DNA of 49,331 nucleotides from Rhodospirillales bacterium (lineage in GTDB: Bacteria; Pseudomonadota; Alphaproteobacteria; Acetobacterales; Acetobacteraceae), in the NCBI GenBank assembly GCA_031428635.1, contig JANPPS010000270.1, forward strand, positions 1 to 49,331, given 5' to 3'. How positions within the stretch are numbered: position 1 is the first letter of the stretch; each line of letters begins with the position of its first letter. Shown here one piece after another: positions 1 to 10,508 of this stretch. Under the pieces are notes generated by a model. That model was not told the DNA's origin, ran no database searches, and saw only the letters and a program-made list of their open reading frames with translations. A program made the position numbers and the translations under genes.

Positions 1-1046
1 GTCGCATGAAGGTCCGCACCAACGCCGAAACCCCGCTCGACGCCGAAACCGCCCGTAAGTTCGGCGCCGAGGGTATCGGCCTGTGCCGGACGGAGCACAT
101 GTTCTTCAATCCCGAGCGTATTGGCGCCGTCCGCCAGATGATCATGGCCGAGGACGAGTCCGGACGCCGCGCGGCACTTGATAAGTTGCTGCCATTCCAG
201 CGCCAGGATTTTACCGACCTGTTCCGCATCATGGCCGGCCTGCCGGTCACGATCCGCCTGCTGGACCCGCCGCTGCATGAGTTCCTGCCGCATGCGGAGG
301 CGGAATTGGCGGACGTCGCACGCGGTCTAGGTCAAGACGTGGAGCAAGTTCGCCGCCGGGCTGCCGAGCTGTCCGAGGCTAACCCGATGTTGGGCCATCG
401 CGGTTGCCGACTGGGTATCTCCTACCCTGAAATTTATGAAATGCAGGCCCGTGCGATTTTCGAGGGCGCCATCGCCGCCGCCCGCGAAACCGGCCGGGCC
501 CCGGTGCCCGAGATTATGATCCCGCTGATCGGCATCCGGCGTGAGTTGGAGATTACCCGCGCCCAGGTCGACAGCACCGCCGCCGCTGTGTTTGCCGAGC
601 AGGGTATGACGATCGAGTACCTGGTCGGCACCATGATCGAATTGCCGCGCGCCGCCATCGTTGCCGACCGCATTGCAGAGATCGCGGACTTCTTCAGCTT
701 CGGCACCAACGACCTGACGCAAACCGTGTTCGGCCTGTCCCGCGACGATGCCGGGCGGTTCCTGCCGGACTACGTGCAGCAGGGTATTTTGCCAAAAGAC
801 CCCTTCGTCACAATCGACGTCGAGGGCGTGGGCGCTATGGTGAAGCTGGCCGCCGATAAGGGGCGCGCGACAAAGAACGACCTCAAAATGGGTATCTGCG
901 GCGAGCACGGCGGCGACCCGGCCAGCATCGCCTTTTGCGAGGAAATGGGCCTGGATTACGTCAGCTGCAGCCCGTACCGCGTGCCGGTCGCACGGCTGGC
1001 GGCGGCGCAGGCGGCGCTGGGCATGGGAATCGATAAAACCGCATAG
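1..1046 (+). CDS. ppdK: Pyruvate,phosphate dikinase, C-terminal part (5' end outside window)
   Basis: ORF open to the window edge (frame of 6..1046). It carries PEP-utilising-enzyme TIM-barrel signatures [21 protein letters not shown] and [10 protein letters not shown]. Confidence 0.85.
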   Translation, partial: RMKVRTNAETPLDAETARKFGAEGIGLCRTEHMFFNPERIGAVRQMIMAEDESGRRAALDKLLPFQRQDFTDLFRIMAGLPVTIRLLDPPLHEFLPHAEAELADVARGLGQDVEQVRRRAAELSEANPMLGHRGCRLGISYPEIYEMQARAIFEGAIAAARETGRAPVPEIMIPLIGIRRELEITRAQVDSTAAAVFAEQGMTIEYLVGTMIELPRAAIVADRIAEIADFFSFGTNDLTQTVFGLSRDDAGRFLPDYVQQGILPKDPFVTIDVEGVGAMVKLAADKGRATKNDLKMGICGEHGGDPASIAFCEEMGLDYVSCSPYRVPVARLAAAQAALGMGIDKTA

Positions 1047-1090
1047 GGCCACGGCTTGCGCGGGCGAGGCGGTGGTTGCACTCTGTTGCA

Positions 1091-2287
1091 ATGTCACGCA
1101 CCGCCCGCGTCAACCTGCTGATCGGCACCGGTCACTTCCTCAGCCACTTCTATATGCTGATCCTGCCTCCGCTATTCCTGGCGTGGAAAATCGAGTTTGG
1201 CGTCAGCTACGGCGAGCTCGGTATGGCAGCCGCGTTCATGAGTGGTGTAACCGCGCTGCTGCAAACCCCAGTCGGCTTTTTGGTGGACAAGCACGGCGCG
1301 CGGCCGTTTCTGGTCGGCGGCACGTTACTGATGGCCAGTTGCATTCTGGCGATGGGGTTTGTGACCGAGTTCTGGCAGATACTGGCGCTGGCCGCCCTGT
1401 CGGGCGTTGGCAACTCCGTTATCCACCCGGCCGATTACTCCATTCTTTCCGGATCGATCGCGCGCGAGAAGATGGGCCGGGCGTTCGCGCTGCATACCTT
1501 CAGCGGCAATCTGGGTTTCGCCGCCGGACCGCCCGTAATCGCCGCACTGATGGTGGTGATGGGCTGGCGGGAGGCGGTTATGCTCGTCGGTGCCGCGGGC
1601 CTACCGGTCGTCGGCGCGATCCTATTACAAAGCCGCATTCTGACCGATCAGGTCAAAACGCACGACACCGGCCCGGCGATATCCGGCCGTGCCCTGCTGA
1701 TGACCCGGCCGATGCTGCTATTCTTCGGCTTCTACCTGCTGGGTGCCATGGCGGGCGGTGGCGTGCAGGCGTGGGCGGTGACAGTGCTGCATGACGTGCG
1801 CGGGCTGGAGGTTGCGGTCGCGAGTGCGGCGCTGACCGGCTACATGGTCGGCAACACGGCCGGCGTTCTAGTCGGCGGCTGGTTTGCCGACAGCGCCCGG
1901 CGGCTGACGACAATCACGGTGGTGCTTACGGTCGTCTCCGCCGTGCTGACGTTGGCGGGTGGCGTTCTGCCGCTGGGTGGGTGGCTCACGATCGGGTGCC
2001 TGTTCGTGTCGGGCTTGGCGCTGGGGGCGAGCCGCACCCCACGGGACATTATGGTGAAAGATGCGGCACCGCCGGGTCAGATCGGTAAGGTGTTCGGATT
2101 TGTGAGCGCCGGGCTGCCGTTAGGCGCAGCGCTCACGCCCGCGCCGTTCGGATACCTGATCGACCATGGCCATCCGGAGCTGGTATTCGTGCTGGTGTCC
2201 GCGTTGTTGCTTGGCAGCCTGCTGTGCATGGGCACAGCCCGTGGCGCTAGTCGGGTGGCGCGTTCGGTAGCGGTTGCGGCGGAGTAA
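1091..2287 (+). CDS. MFS transporter
   Basis: ~400-aa ORF with a multi-helix hydrophobic pattern typical of major facilitator proteins. ATG at 1091 is preferred over the TTG at 1076. Substrate unknown. Confidence 0.7.
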   Translation: MSRTARVNLLIGTGHFLSHFYMLILPPLFLAWKIEFGVSYGELGMAAAFMSGVTALLQTPVGFLVDKHGARPFLVGGTLLMASCILAMGFVTEFWQILALAALSGVGNSVIHPADYSILSGSIAREKMGRAFALHTFSGNLGFAAGPPVIAALMVVMGWREAVMLVGAAGLPVVGAILLQSRILTDQVKTHDTGPAISGRALLMTRPMLLFFGFYLLGAMAGGGVQAWAVTVLHDVRGLEVAVASAALTGYMVGNTAGVLVGGWFADSARRLTTITVVLTVVSAVLTLAGGVLPLGGWLTIGCLFVSGLALGASRTPRDIMVKDAAPPGQIGKVFGFVSAGLPLGAALTPAPFGYLIDHGHPELVFVLVSALLLGSLLCMGTARGASRVARSVAVAAE

Positions 2288-2978
2288 GCGAAGCCGTTCC
2301 ACCCCGCGCGAACGTGACCATAGCCACCTCACCGGGCCGTACCCGATCCTTACCCGTCCACGAACCGGTCGTGACCACCTGACCCGCCCGCAGCCCGCCA
2401 TCCCAGCGCGCACCAGTGTTGGCCATCCACAGCAGCAGCCGTAGCATTGGCCCGCCTGGGTTGCCGTGGCCGTGCTTCACCACGCTGCCGCCGACCACAA
2501 CCTCCACTCTCTCATTCGCTGTGTCCACCGCGGTCCAGCCCTCGATCGCTGGGCCGAGCACCAGCCCCGCGTGCCCGCTTGCGTCCGCCAGTCCCGACAA
2601 CGCATCAGGATCGGCGGCGAAGCGACTGTCCAGCACCTCGATTGCTGGGTGGGCGCTGGCGATCGCGGCCCGAACTTCCGCCTCGGTGTAGGGTTCATTA
2701 CGTGCAGGCAGATCCTGGCCGAGGACGACAGCGATCTCCGCCTCGATGTAGCCATGCCGCGGTGCGCCGTCGCCAAGGCTAGATTTTGGTAGTGGCGAAC
2801 AGGTGATCGGCCCGTCTGGCGACGGCGAACCTACCTTCCACCCGCCAATCGGCCCCAGCGCCTGCTGTACCCGTCGCTGGATTACGACCGCCGCCTCCAC
2901 CGTCGCCGGCGCGTCCGGCAATGCGGTCAGCCGCGTACCCGTCCGTCGTGCCGTCAGTAGCGCGTCAGCTGCATCCAT
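2247..2978 (-). CDS. 2-keto-4-pentenoate hydratase-like (FAH superfamily) protein
   Basis: Translation from the internal ATG at 2978 (MDAADALL...) contains GGWKVG, IEAEIAVVLG and VVTTGSWTG, resembling MhpD/hydratase-decarboxylase family proteins. The upstream 63 codons of the track ORF look non-coding. Its 3' end overlaps the convergent MFS gene. Confidence 0.6.
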   Translation of the reverse strand: MDAADALLTARRTGTRLTALPDAPATVEAAVVIQRRVQQALGPIGGWKVGSPSPDGPITCSPLPKSSLGDGAPRHGYIEAEIAVVLGQDLPARNEPYTEAEVRAAIASAHPAIEVLDSRFAADPDALSGLADASGHAGLVLGPAIEGWTAVDTANERVEVVVGGSVVKHGHGNPGGPMLRLLLWMANTGARWDGGLRAGQVVTTGSWTGKDRVRPGEVAMVTFARGGTASLTPPQPLPNAPPD

Positions 2979-3387
2979 CGGCGGACGATTGCACTCTGCC
3001 GAGGCCTTGTCCAACCCAAGCCCGGGGATCGGTCCAGATCCCCTTGCCGACTTGGCTATCACACGGATGTAGGTGTCAGGCTGCCGTCGCAGCAAACTTA
3101 CGGGACAGGGATGATACCCGTTCTTCGCATCGCCATTAAAGTCTGAACCACCGAAATCGCCTCTCAAGCCGTCAGGTTATGGCAGCCGAGCAGACCGGGT
3201 CCCTTCGGAACTATGCCAAACCAAACCGGCTAGAAAAGGGCCATCGCCGGACGGCCCATCGGTCATGTCCCATCCAGGAAACAAGCGACTCACTACTGAA
3301 ACCGACATGGGCTAGAGGTTACGGGCCGCTTCGCTCTACACCAGCGACGAAGAAAGAAATCGGCCGGCACCAAAGGATATCTAAAGC

Positions 3388-3807
3388 ATGGACGGCCACG
3401 CGTTCGAAGACCTCAGCATCGGCCAATCTGCCAGCCTGGGTAAAACCATCACCGACGCCGACATCCTGCTATTCGGGGCCGTAAGCTTGGACACCAACCC
3501 CGTGCATTTCAACGCCGAAGCGGCCGCGCTGACCCCATTCAAGGAGCGCATCGCCCACGGCATGCTGTCGGCCGGGCTGATCAGCGCTGTGATGGGGACT
3601 AAGCTGCCGGGTGCTGGCTCGATTTACCTCACCCAATCGCTCGCGTTCCGCCGGCCTGTGCGAATCGGCGATACCGTGACCGCGACCGTCACGGTCACCG
3701 CACTCGACCCGGCCACCAAACGGGCGACGTTGAGCACCGTCTGCACTGTGGCCGGTAAGACAGTCATCACGGGCGAGGCGACGGTTCTGCCGCCTAGCCG
3801 CATTTGA
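3388..3807 (+). CDS. MaoC-like (R)-specific enoyl-CoA hydratase / hot-dog fold dehydratase
   Basis: 139 aa. Contains DTNPVHFN...ERIAHGML, a hydratase-2/MaoC-type motif, with size typical of PhaJ-like proteins. Confidence 0.75.
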   Translation: MDGHAFEDLSIGQSASLGKTITDADILLFGAVSLDTNPVHFNAEAAALTPFKERIAHGMLSAGLISAVMGTKLPGAGSIYLTQSLAFRRPVRIGDTVTATVTVTALDPATKRATLSTVCTVAGKTVITGEATVLPPSRI

Positions 3808-4742
3808 TGCCGCCGCTGCCCATGCAGGTCGTCCGCAGCTGGACGGCCGTGCCGGATGGACTGCGCGGGGCGACGGTGGCGCTGGGTAATTTCGACGGCG
3901 TCCACCTTGGCCACGCGCACGTGCTTCGCGCCGCCCATTCCGCCCGGCCCGGTGCGCCGCTTGCTGTCCTCACGTTCGAACCGCACCCTCGTCAACTATT
4001 CCGCCCCGACGACCCGCCGTTCCGCCTGACCTTAGCCGCCGAGCGCCGGACTGCGCTGGCGGCCCACGGCGTGTCGATCGTGTACGAACTCCCGTTCGAC
4101 GCCGGGTTCTCTGCGCTTACAGCACACGAGTTCGTCCAAGATGTACTGTACCAGGGCGTGGGCGCCGCGCACCTGACCTGCGGCGCGGATTTCGCGTTTG
4201 GCAACCGCCGGGGCGGCGACGCCGCATTCCTGGCTGCGCAGGCGGAGCGGCTGGGCATGGGCCTGACACTCGTGCCGAAACTGGTGGACGCGCAGGGGCC
4301 GATCAGTTCCACCCGCATCCGCCGCCTTCTTCAGGACGGCTACCCCGACCGGGCGGCCGCCGACCTCGGCCGGCCCTGGGCGATCCGCGGCGTGGTCGCG
4401 CACGGTGACAAACGCGGCCGCACGATCGGCTTCCCCACCGCCAACGTGCCGCTGGGCCAGCACTTGGAGCCTGCGCGCGGTGTCTACGCCGTCCGTGTCA
4501 CGCTGCCCGACGGCACCATCGTTCCCGGCGTCGCCAACATCGGCCGTCGCCCGACCGTGAATGACGGGCCGGAAAGCCGCGTCGAGGCGCATCTGTTCGA
4601 GTGGTCCGGCGACCTGTACGATCAGGATGTGGCCGTGGCCCTGCTTGCGTTTCTCCGTCCGGAACGCAAATTCGATGGACTTAAAGAATTAAAGGCGCAG
4701 ATCGCCCAAGATGGGCAGCGCGCGCGGGAGATCCTGGTATGA
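3807..4742 (+). CDS. ribF: Bifunctional riboflavin kinase / FAD synthetase
   Basis: GNFDGVHLGH nucleotidyltransferase motif and GRTIGFPTANV riboflavin-kinase motif. ATG 3807 overlaps the maoC TGA (TGATG); a TTG at 3804 is an alternative start. Confidence 0.9.
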   Translation: MPPLPMQVVRSWTAVPDGLRGATVALGNFDGVHLGHAHVLRAAHSARPGAPLAVLTFEPHPRQLFRPDDPPFRLTLAAERRTALAAHGVSIVYELPFDAGFSALTAHEFVQDVLYQGVGAAHLTCGADFAFGNRRGGDAAFLAAQAERLGMGLTLVPKLVDAQGPISSTRIRRLLQDGYPDRAAADLGRPWAIRGVVAHGDKRGRTIGFPTANVPLGQHLEPARGVYAVRVTLPDGTIVPGVANIGRRPTVNDGPESRVEAHLFEWSGDLYDQDVAVALLAFLRPERKFDGLKELKAQIAQDGQRAREILV

Positions 4743-7402
4743 CGCGTTACGCCCTGGCTCTGTTTGTTATGTTCACCCTGCCCGCTCAGGCACTCGATCA
4801 AACGAGCCAGCCTCCGCCCGTCTTACGCACCACGCTCGCCAATGGCCTGCGCGTCGTGATCGTCCCGAACCGCCTCGCCCCGGTCGTCGCCACCTACCTC
4901 ACCTACCTCGCTGGGTCCAACGACGCGCCGCCCGGCTTCCCCGGCACCGCCCACGCCGTGGAGCACATGATGTTCCGCGGCTCGGAAGGTCTCGATCGCG
5001 ACCAGGCAGCAGAGTTATCGGCCTTGCTCGGCGGCGCCTACAACGCCAATACGACCGAAACGGCGACCAACTACACCTATCTCGTCCCGAACACGGACCT
5101 GCCACTAGTCCTGAAATCCGAGGCGCTTCGCATGCGCGGTGCCTCGATCACGCAGGCCGATTGGGAGCAGGAGCGGGGTGCCATCAACCAGGAAGTCCAG
5201 CGCGACCTGTCGAGCCCGCAATTCCTTATGTTCATGCAGGTCCAGGCCGCGCTGTACCAGGGCTCGCCATACGAAAATGACGCGCTCGGCACGCGGGAAA
5301 GCTTCGACAAGACCGACGCCGCCCTGCTGCGCAATTTCTATGACACCTGGTATGCGCCCAACAATGCCGTGCTGGTTATTGCTGGTGACGTCGATCCGGC
5401 GCAGGCGCTTACCCAAGTGCAGACCGCGTTCGGCGCCATCCCTAGTCGGCTAATCCCGCCGCATGCCGCCATAAACGCCCCGACCGCCACGGCTAAAACG
5501 ATCAACCTGCCGACCGATAGCAGCGTGGCGTTCGCATCTGTCTCTTTCCGTTTCCCGGGCATGACAGCGCAGGATTTTACGGCCGCCGACGTGTTGGCTG
5601 ACGTACTTAGCAGCCAGCGCGGGCCGCTCTACGCGCTTGTGCCGCAGGGTAAGGCGCTATCGGCTCAGTTCAGTTATCAGGCCATGAAGGATGCGGGCGT
5701 CGGCATGGCGATGGTGTCGTTCCCGCGCGCGGCCGACCCGGCGCCGACCCTCGACGCCTTGCGGGGCGTGCTGACCGCCATCGCCCGCGACGGTGCCGAC
5801 CCGGCCGTGGTGGAGGCATCGAAGCAGCAGGAAGTGGCGCAGCTGGCGTTCCAGGCGGACAGCATCTCCGGCCTCGCACGCGCATGGGGCACGGCGCTTA
5901 CGGTCCGCGGCACGCAATCGCCGGACGAATTGGCAGAAGCCTACGCCGCCGTCACGCCCGCCGACGTGAGCCGCCTGGCGAAGCAACTGCTGGACCAGGG
6001 CCAAGCGGTTACAGCCGTGCTGACGCCTGAGGGTGCCGGGCGTCCGCCGGGTACAGCCAGTTTCGGCGCACCCGAAGTACTCGGCAGCCCGCCCGATCAT
6101 CCGGTCGAGCTACCAGAATGGGCGCGGTCGGCACTGACGAACCTGACACCCCCGGCAACGCCTACGCCGGCCGAGGTCACGATGCTGCCGAACGGCCTGC
6201 GTCTGATTGTGTTGCAGACGACGGTTAGCCCCACGGTCACGGTCATGGGCCGGGTCGAGAGCCAGGATGCGCTGCAGGAGCCGGCGGGTCAGGAGGGCGT
6301 GGCCAAGCTGACCGACGACCTGTTCGAGTACGGGACTACGAAACGCGACCGGCTCGCGCTGCTGGAAGCCGTTGATGCTCTGGCCGCGACCGAGGCCGCG
6401 GGCCGTAGTTTCTCGCTTCGTGTTTTGTCGGATAAATTCGAACCCGGAATGGCCCTACTGGCCGAACATGAGCTGGACCCGGCGTTCCCGGAAAACGCGG
6501 TGGCGATCATACGCGGTCAGACGGCGCAGGCGCTGGCTGGGCGTAGTCAGTCGCCGCGCTACCTAAACGGTCGCGCCATCATTAGCGGGTTGGTCCCGCC
6601 CGCGGACCCGACGCTACGGGAACCGACTGAGGCGTCGGTCGGCGCGCTAACCGGTGAGAAGGTGCGGCAGTTCTACCGCGCGGCCTATCGCCCGGACCTG
6701 ACGACGATCGTAATCGTGGGCGACGTAACCCCGGCCCGGGCGCAGGGCGTCGTCGCAGCCACGTTCGGCGCGTGGAAGGCGGAGGGGCCAACCCCGGCAC
6801 TCAATTTACCAGGCGTCCCAGCCAATCCGGCCATCGCTGCCCGGGTACCCAATCCTAACAGCCTGCAGGATCAGGTGACGATGGCGCAGACGGTGGAGCT
6901 GCCGGTCACCAGCCCCGACCGCTACACGCTGGAGCTTGGTAACGCGATCCTAGGCAGCGGCTTCTCGTCCCGGCTGTACCGTGACCTACGGGTACGGACT
7001 GGCTACGTGTACTCGGTCAGCAGCGGCTTCGATTGGGAACGGACGCGGGCGGCCTACTTCATCAGCTACGGCGCCGACCCCGGTAAGGCCGACGCGGCGC
7101 GTACGCTGGCGCTGCGCGAACTGAATGAAATGCAGACGGTGCCCGTTAGCGAGGCCGAACTACTGCGGGCCAGAGTGCAGGTGCTACGGCGGCTAGCGTT
7201 AGGCCGGTCGAGCGTCGGCTCGATCGCTGGGCAGTATTTGCGCCAGGTCAGCTTGGGCCTACCGCTGGAGCCGCTGGCGATCGCATCGAAGCGGTATTTG
7301 GAGATCACGGCCGCCGACATTCAGCAGGCGTTTGCGACCTACATGCGCCCGGATGCGCTGGTAGTCGTCACGCAAGGGCCGCCGGTACCAGTCAACCAGT
7401 AG
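4739..7402 (+). CDS. Secreted M16 (pitrilysin/insulinase) family zinc peptidase, fused active + inactive halves
   Basis: Signal-peptide-like N-terminus (FVMFTLPAQA) and the inverted zinc motif HAVEHMMFRG in the first half. The second M16-like half lacks HxxEH. The start overlaps the ribF stop (ATGA). Confidence 0.85.
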   Translation: MTRYALALFVMFTLPAQALDQTSQPPPVLRTTLANGLRVVIVPNRLAPVVATYLTYLAGSNDAPPGFPGTAHAVEHMMFRGSEGLDRDQAAELSALLGGAYNANTTETATNYTYLVPNTDLPLVLKSEALRMRGASITQADWEQERGAINQEVQRDLSSPQFLMFMQVQAALYQGSPYENDALGTRESFDKTDAALLRNFYDTWYAPNNAVLVIAGDVDPAQALTQVQTAFGAIPSRLIPPHAAINAPTATAKTINLPTDSSVAFASVSFRFPGMTAQDFTAADVLADVLSSQRGPLYALVPQGKALSAQFSYQAMKDAGVGMAMVSFPRAADPAPTLDALRGVLTAIARDGADPAVVEASKQQEVAQLAFQADSISGLARAWGTALTVRGTQSPDELAEAYAAVTPADVSRLAKQLLDQGQAVTAVLTPEGAGRPPGTASFGAPEVLGSPPDHPVELPEWARSALTNLTPPATPTPAEVTMLPNGLRLIVLQTTVSPTVTVMGRVESQDALQEPAGQEGVAKLTDDLFEYGTTKRDRLALLEAVDALAATEAAGRSFSLRVLSDKFEPGMALLAEHELDPAFPENAVAIIRGQTAQALAGRSQSPRYLNGRAIISGLVPPADPTLREPTEASVGALTGEKVRQFYRAAYRPDLTTIVIVGDVTPARAQGVVAATFGAWKAEGPTPALNLPGVPANPAIAARVPNPNSLQDQVTMAQTVELPVTSPDRYTLELGNAILGSGFSSRLYRDLRVRTGYVYSVSSGFDWERTRAAYFISYGADPGKADAARTLALRELNEMQTVPVSEAELLRARVQVLRRLALGRSSVGSIAGQYLRQVSLGLPLEPLAIASKRYLEITAADIQQAFATYMRPDALVVVTQGPPVPVNQ

Positions 7403-7751
7403 AGTCGGCTCGGTCCTACCCCATTTCGGGGCGGGACCGGTCGTGGGTTAGGACCGAATCGCGCCTGCCCCACGGCATGTGATCGAACTGATCGCGCAGC
7501 CGAGTTCAGGTGCCTTGCGTTGTATGTTCTGCCGCAGCGCACGCGCTGGGATGATCCACAACCCGGTCAGGCTCAATGCCATCACGGCGGCAGGTCAAGG
7601 CCGCTGCGTCTTACGACAAGTTCAGGAGCGACCGGCATATGGCTGATTGCCCCGGCGCGCTTCAGGAGAAAAGCGACGGGTTAGCCCTGTAAGCCGGGTT
7701 CCAGGCCCGCAACCCTTGACCCGGCCTAACCCCGATCCGCATAACCCGACG

Positions 7752-10508
7752 ATGTCCGCACCTGCCCAAGCCGCCCCTGATTACCGCAGCACCGTGTTCC
7801 TACCCCAAACCAGCTTCCCCATGCGGGGTGAGCTACCGGTGCGGGAGCCTGAGATTTTGGCGCGCTGGGACCGCATCGGACTATGGGACCGCAGCCGTGA
7901 GCAAGCGGCTGGCCGTCCGAAATGGGTACTGCATGACGGGCCCATTTACTCCAACGGCCACCTGCACATCGGCCACGCGCTCAATCGCATCTTGAAGGAC
8001 GTGATCATGCGCGCCCACCGCATGGCCAGGCAGGACGTGGACTATATCCCCGGCTGGGACACGCACGGCCTACCGATCGAATGGAAGGTCGAGGAAGAGT
8101 ATCGCAAGACCGGCCGCGACAAGGACGCCGTGCCGGTGCTGGATTTCCGTGACGAGTGCCGGCGCTACTCCGCCCATTGGCTGACGGTGCAGACGGCCGA
8201 GTTCATCCGGCTGGGTGTCACCGGCGACTGGACCGGCCGATACGCCACGATGGACTTCGCGTCGGAGGCGGCGATCGCGGGTGAGATCGGCAAGTTCTTG
8301 CTCAACGGCGCGCTGTATCGCGGATTGCGGCCCGTCATGTGGTCGCCCGTCGAAAAGACCGCGTTGGCCGAGGCGGAGATCGAATACCACGACCGCACCA
8401 GCGACACGGTGTACGTCCGCTTTCCGGTGCTGACCGGGCCGCTGGCGGGTGCGTCCGTCGTGATCTGGACCACGACTGTCTGGACCCTTCCTGCCAACCG
8501 CGCCCTGGCTTACGGACCGGCCATCGAATACGCCGAGGTTCGGGTCGACAGCGTCACCGACGGTTCGCTGGCCCAGCCTGGCGAGAGACTGCTGATTGCG
8601 CTGGCCCTGGTCCCGCAGGTGTGCGCGGCCGCCGGTATCGCCACGCACCACGTTATCCACGTGCATTTGGGCGAAACCCTAGCCGGCACCATCTGCGCCC
8701 ATCCGTTGCGGGGCCAGGGCTACGACCATGACGCGCCCCTACTGCCAGCCGACTACGTCACGACCGATCAGGGCACCGGCTTCGTCCACATCGCGCCGTC
8801 GCATGGCGAGGAAGACTTCGCCCTCGGTCGCAAGTACGGGATCGAAATTCCCGAGATCGTGCAAGATGACGGCACCTACGCCGCCACCACCCCGGGTTTC
8901 GCCGGCCTGCACGTGTTCAAGGCGGCCGGGCCGGTCGCGGCGGCGCTGGAACAGGCGGGCGGACTACTCGCGCGCGGCACGCTGTTCCATTCATACCCCC
9001 ACTCCTGGCGCAGCAAGGCACCCGTCATCTACCGCGCCACCCCGCAATGGTTCATCCGTATGGACGGGCCGGAGCACATCCGTGCCCGCGCCCTGGAAGC
9101 CATCGCCACAACGCGGTTCGTGCCGGAGGCCGGGCGCACCCGTCTGGCCAGCATGGTCGCCGGCCGTCCGGACTGGTGCATCAGCCGGCAGCGCGCCTGG
9201 GGCGTGCCGATCCCGGTGTTCGTAGACCGCACGACGAACGAGCCGCTGCGTGACCCGGCGGTCCTGGCCCGCATCACCGACGCGTTCGCAACCGAGGGCG
9301 CCGACGCCTGGTACCGGTCGCCCGCCAGCCGCTTCCTCGGCGATCACGACCCGGCGCAGTTCGAACAGGTCATGGACATCGTCGACGTCTGGTTCGAAAG
9401 CGGCAGCACGCAGGCCTTCACCCTCGAAAGTCGCGGCCAGCCCTGGCCGGCCGATCTGTACCTGGAGGGTAGCGATCAGCATCGCGGCTGGTTCCAGCAC
9501 AGCCTGCTGGAGGCGATCGGCACCCGTGGCGCCGCCCCGTTCCGTGCCGTGTCGACCCACGGCTTTGTGCTCGATGAGGCCGGGCGGAAGATGAGCAAGT
9601 CGCTCGGTAACGTCACGGCGCCGCAGAAGGTAACGGACACGCTCGGTGCCGATATCCTGCGCCTATGGGTCGTGAACAGCGACGTGTCCGAAGACCTGCG
9701 TATCGGGCCAGAAATCTTGAAGCAGCAGGCCGAGCTATACCGCCGCCTGCGCAACACGCTGCGCTGGCTGCTGGGCAGCCTGGACGGGTGGTCGGATACG
9801 GAGGCGCTACCGGACAGCGAGTTGCCGGAACTAGAGCGCTGGGTCCTGCATCGCCTGTCGGAGCTGAACACGCGGGTCAGCGGTGCACTGGCGTCGGACG
9901 ACTGGACGGGCGTGTACCCGGAACTGCATGCGTTCTGCTCATCCGACCTATCGGCGTTCTACTTCGATGTCCGAAAGGACTGGCTGTATTGCGATGCGCC
10001 CGACAGCCTACGCCGCCGTGCAGTGCGGACAGTGCTGGACCGGCTGCACCGCTGCCTGGTGCTGTGGCTGGCGCCCGTGCTGTGCTTTACCGCCGAGGAG
10101 GCGTGGCTCGCGCGCTTCCCGAGCGAGGATGGCAGCGTGCATCTGCAGGCCTTCCCGGACGTCCCCGCACACTGGGCAAACCCGGCATTGGCCGCGCGCT
10201 GGGTCACGATCCGCGCCGCCCGGTCCGGGGTTACCGCCGCGCTGGAGGCCGCGCGCGCCGCTAAGCTCGTTGGATCGTCGCTGCAGGGCGACGTGACCCT
10301 GCCCGCGCCCATGCTGGATTTGCTGGATACCGAGGGCTGGGCGGAACTTGCGATCGTGTCGGCCGTCACACCCGGCGACGCCCTGACGGTTACCCGCGCA
10401 CCGGGCGATAAATGCGCCCGCTGCTGGCGCGTGCTGCCAGAGGTGAACGCCGCATCGCTCTGCCGGCGCTGCACAGCCGTGGTCGCCCCAACCGAAATCG
10501 CCGCATGA
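7752..10508 (+). CDS. ileS: Isoleucine--tRNA ligase
   Basis: HIGH motif (GHLHIGHALN), KMSKS motif (KMSKSLGN) and a C-terminal CxxC...CxxC zinc motif (CARCW...CRRC). ATG 7752 (MSAPAQ...) is preferred over the upstream in-frame start at 7647. Confidence 0.95.
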   Translation: MSAPAQAAPDYRSTVFLPQTSFPMRGELPVREPEILARWDRIGLWDRSREQAAGRPKWVLHDGPIYSNGHLHIGHALNRILKDVIMRAHRMARQDVDYIPGWDTHGLPIEWKVEEEYRKTGRDKDAVPVLDFRDECRRYSAHWLTVQTAEFIRLGVTGDWTGRYATMDFASEAAIAGEIGKFLLNGALYRGLRPVMWSPVEKTALAEAEIEYHDRTSDTVYVRFPVLTGPLAGASVVIWTTTVWTLPANRALAYGPAIEYAEVRVDSVTDGSLAQPGERLLIALALVPQVCAAAGIATHHVIHVHLGETLAGTICAHPLRGQGYDHDAPLLPADYVTTDQGTGFVHIAPSHGEEDFALGRKYGIEIPEIVQDDGTYAATTPGFAGLHVFKAAGPVAAALEQAGGLLARGTLFHSYPHSWRSKAPVIYRATPQWFIRMDGPEHIRARALEAIATTRFVPEAGRTRLASMVAGRPDWCISRQRAWGVPIPVFVDRTTNEPLRDPAVLARITDAFATEGADAWYRSPASRFLGDHDPAQFEQVMDIVDVWFESGSTQAFTLESRGQPWPADLYLEGSDQHRGWFQHSLLEAIGTRGAAPFRAVSTHGFVLDEAGRKMSKSLGNVTAPQKVTDTLGADILRLWVVNSDVSEDLRIGPEILKQQAELYRRLRNTLRWLLGSLDGWSDTEALPDSELPELERWVLHRLSELNTRVSGALASDDWTGVYPELHAFCSSDLSAFYFDVRKDWLYCDAPDSLRRRAVRTVLDRLHRCLVLWLAPVLCFTAEEAWLARFPSEDGSVHLQAFPDVPAHWANPALAARWVTIRAARSGVTAALEAARAAKLVGSSLQGDVTLPAPMLDLLDTEGWAELAIVSAVTPGDALTVTRAPGDKCARCWRVLPEVNAASLCRRCTAVVAPTEIAA

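Noticed and set aside
7535-7548. Palindrome CAGCGC-AC-GCGCTG upstream of ileS.
   Set aside because: 6-bp GC-rich arms are expected by chance in this composition, and no second copy or flanking context was seen.
7403-7751. Possible T-box or other riboswitch in the ileS leader.
   Set aside because: I could not find a specifier loop/T-box consensus or any other riboswitch core by eye. T-box control of ileS is a Firmicutes/Actinobacteria trait, not expected in alphaproteobacteria.
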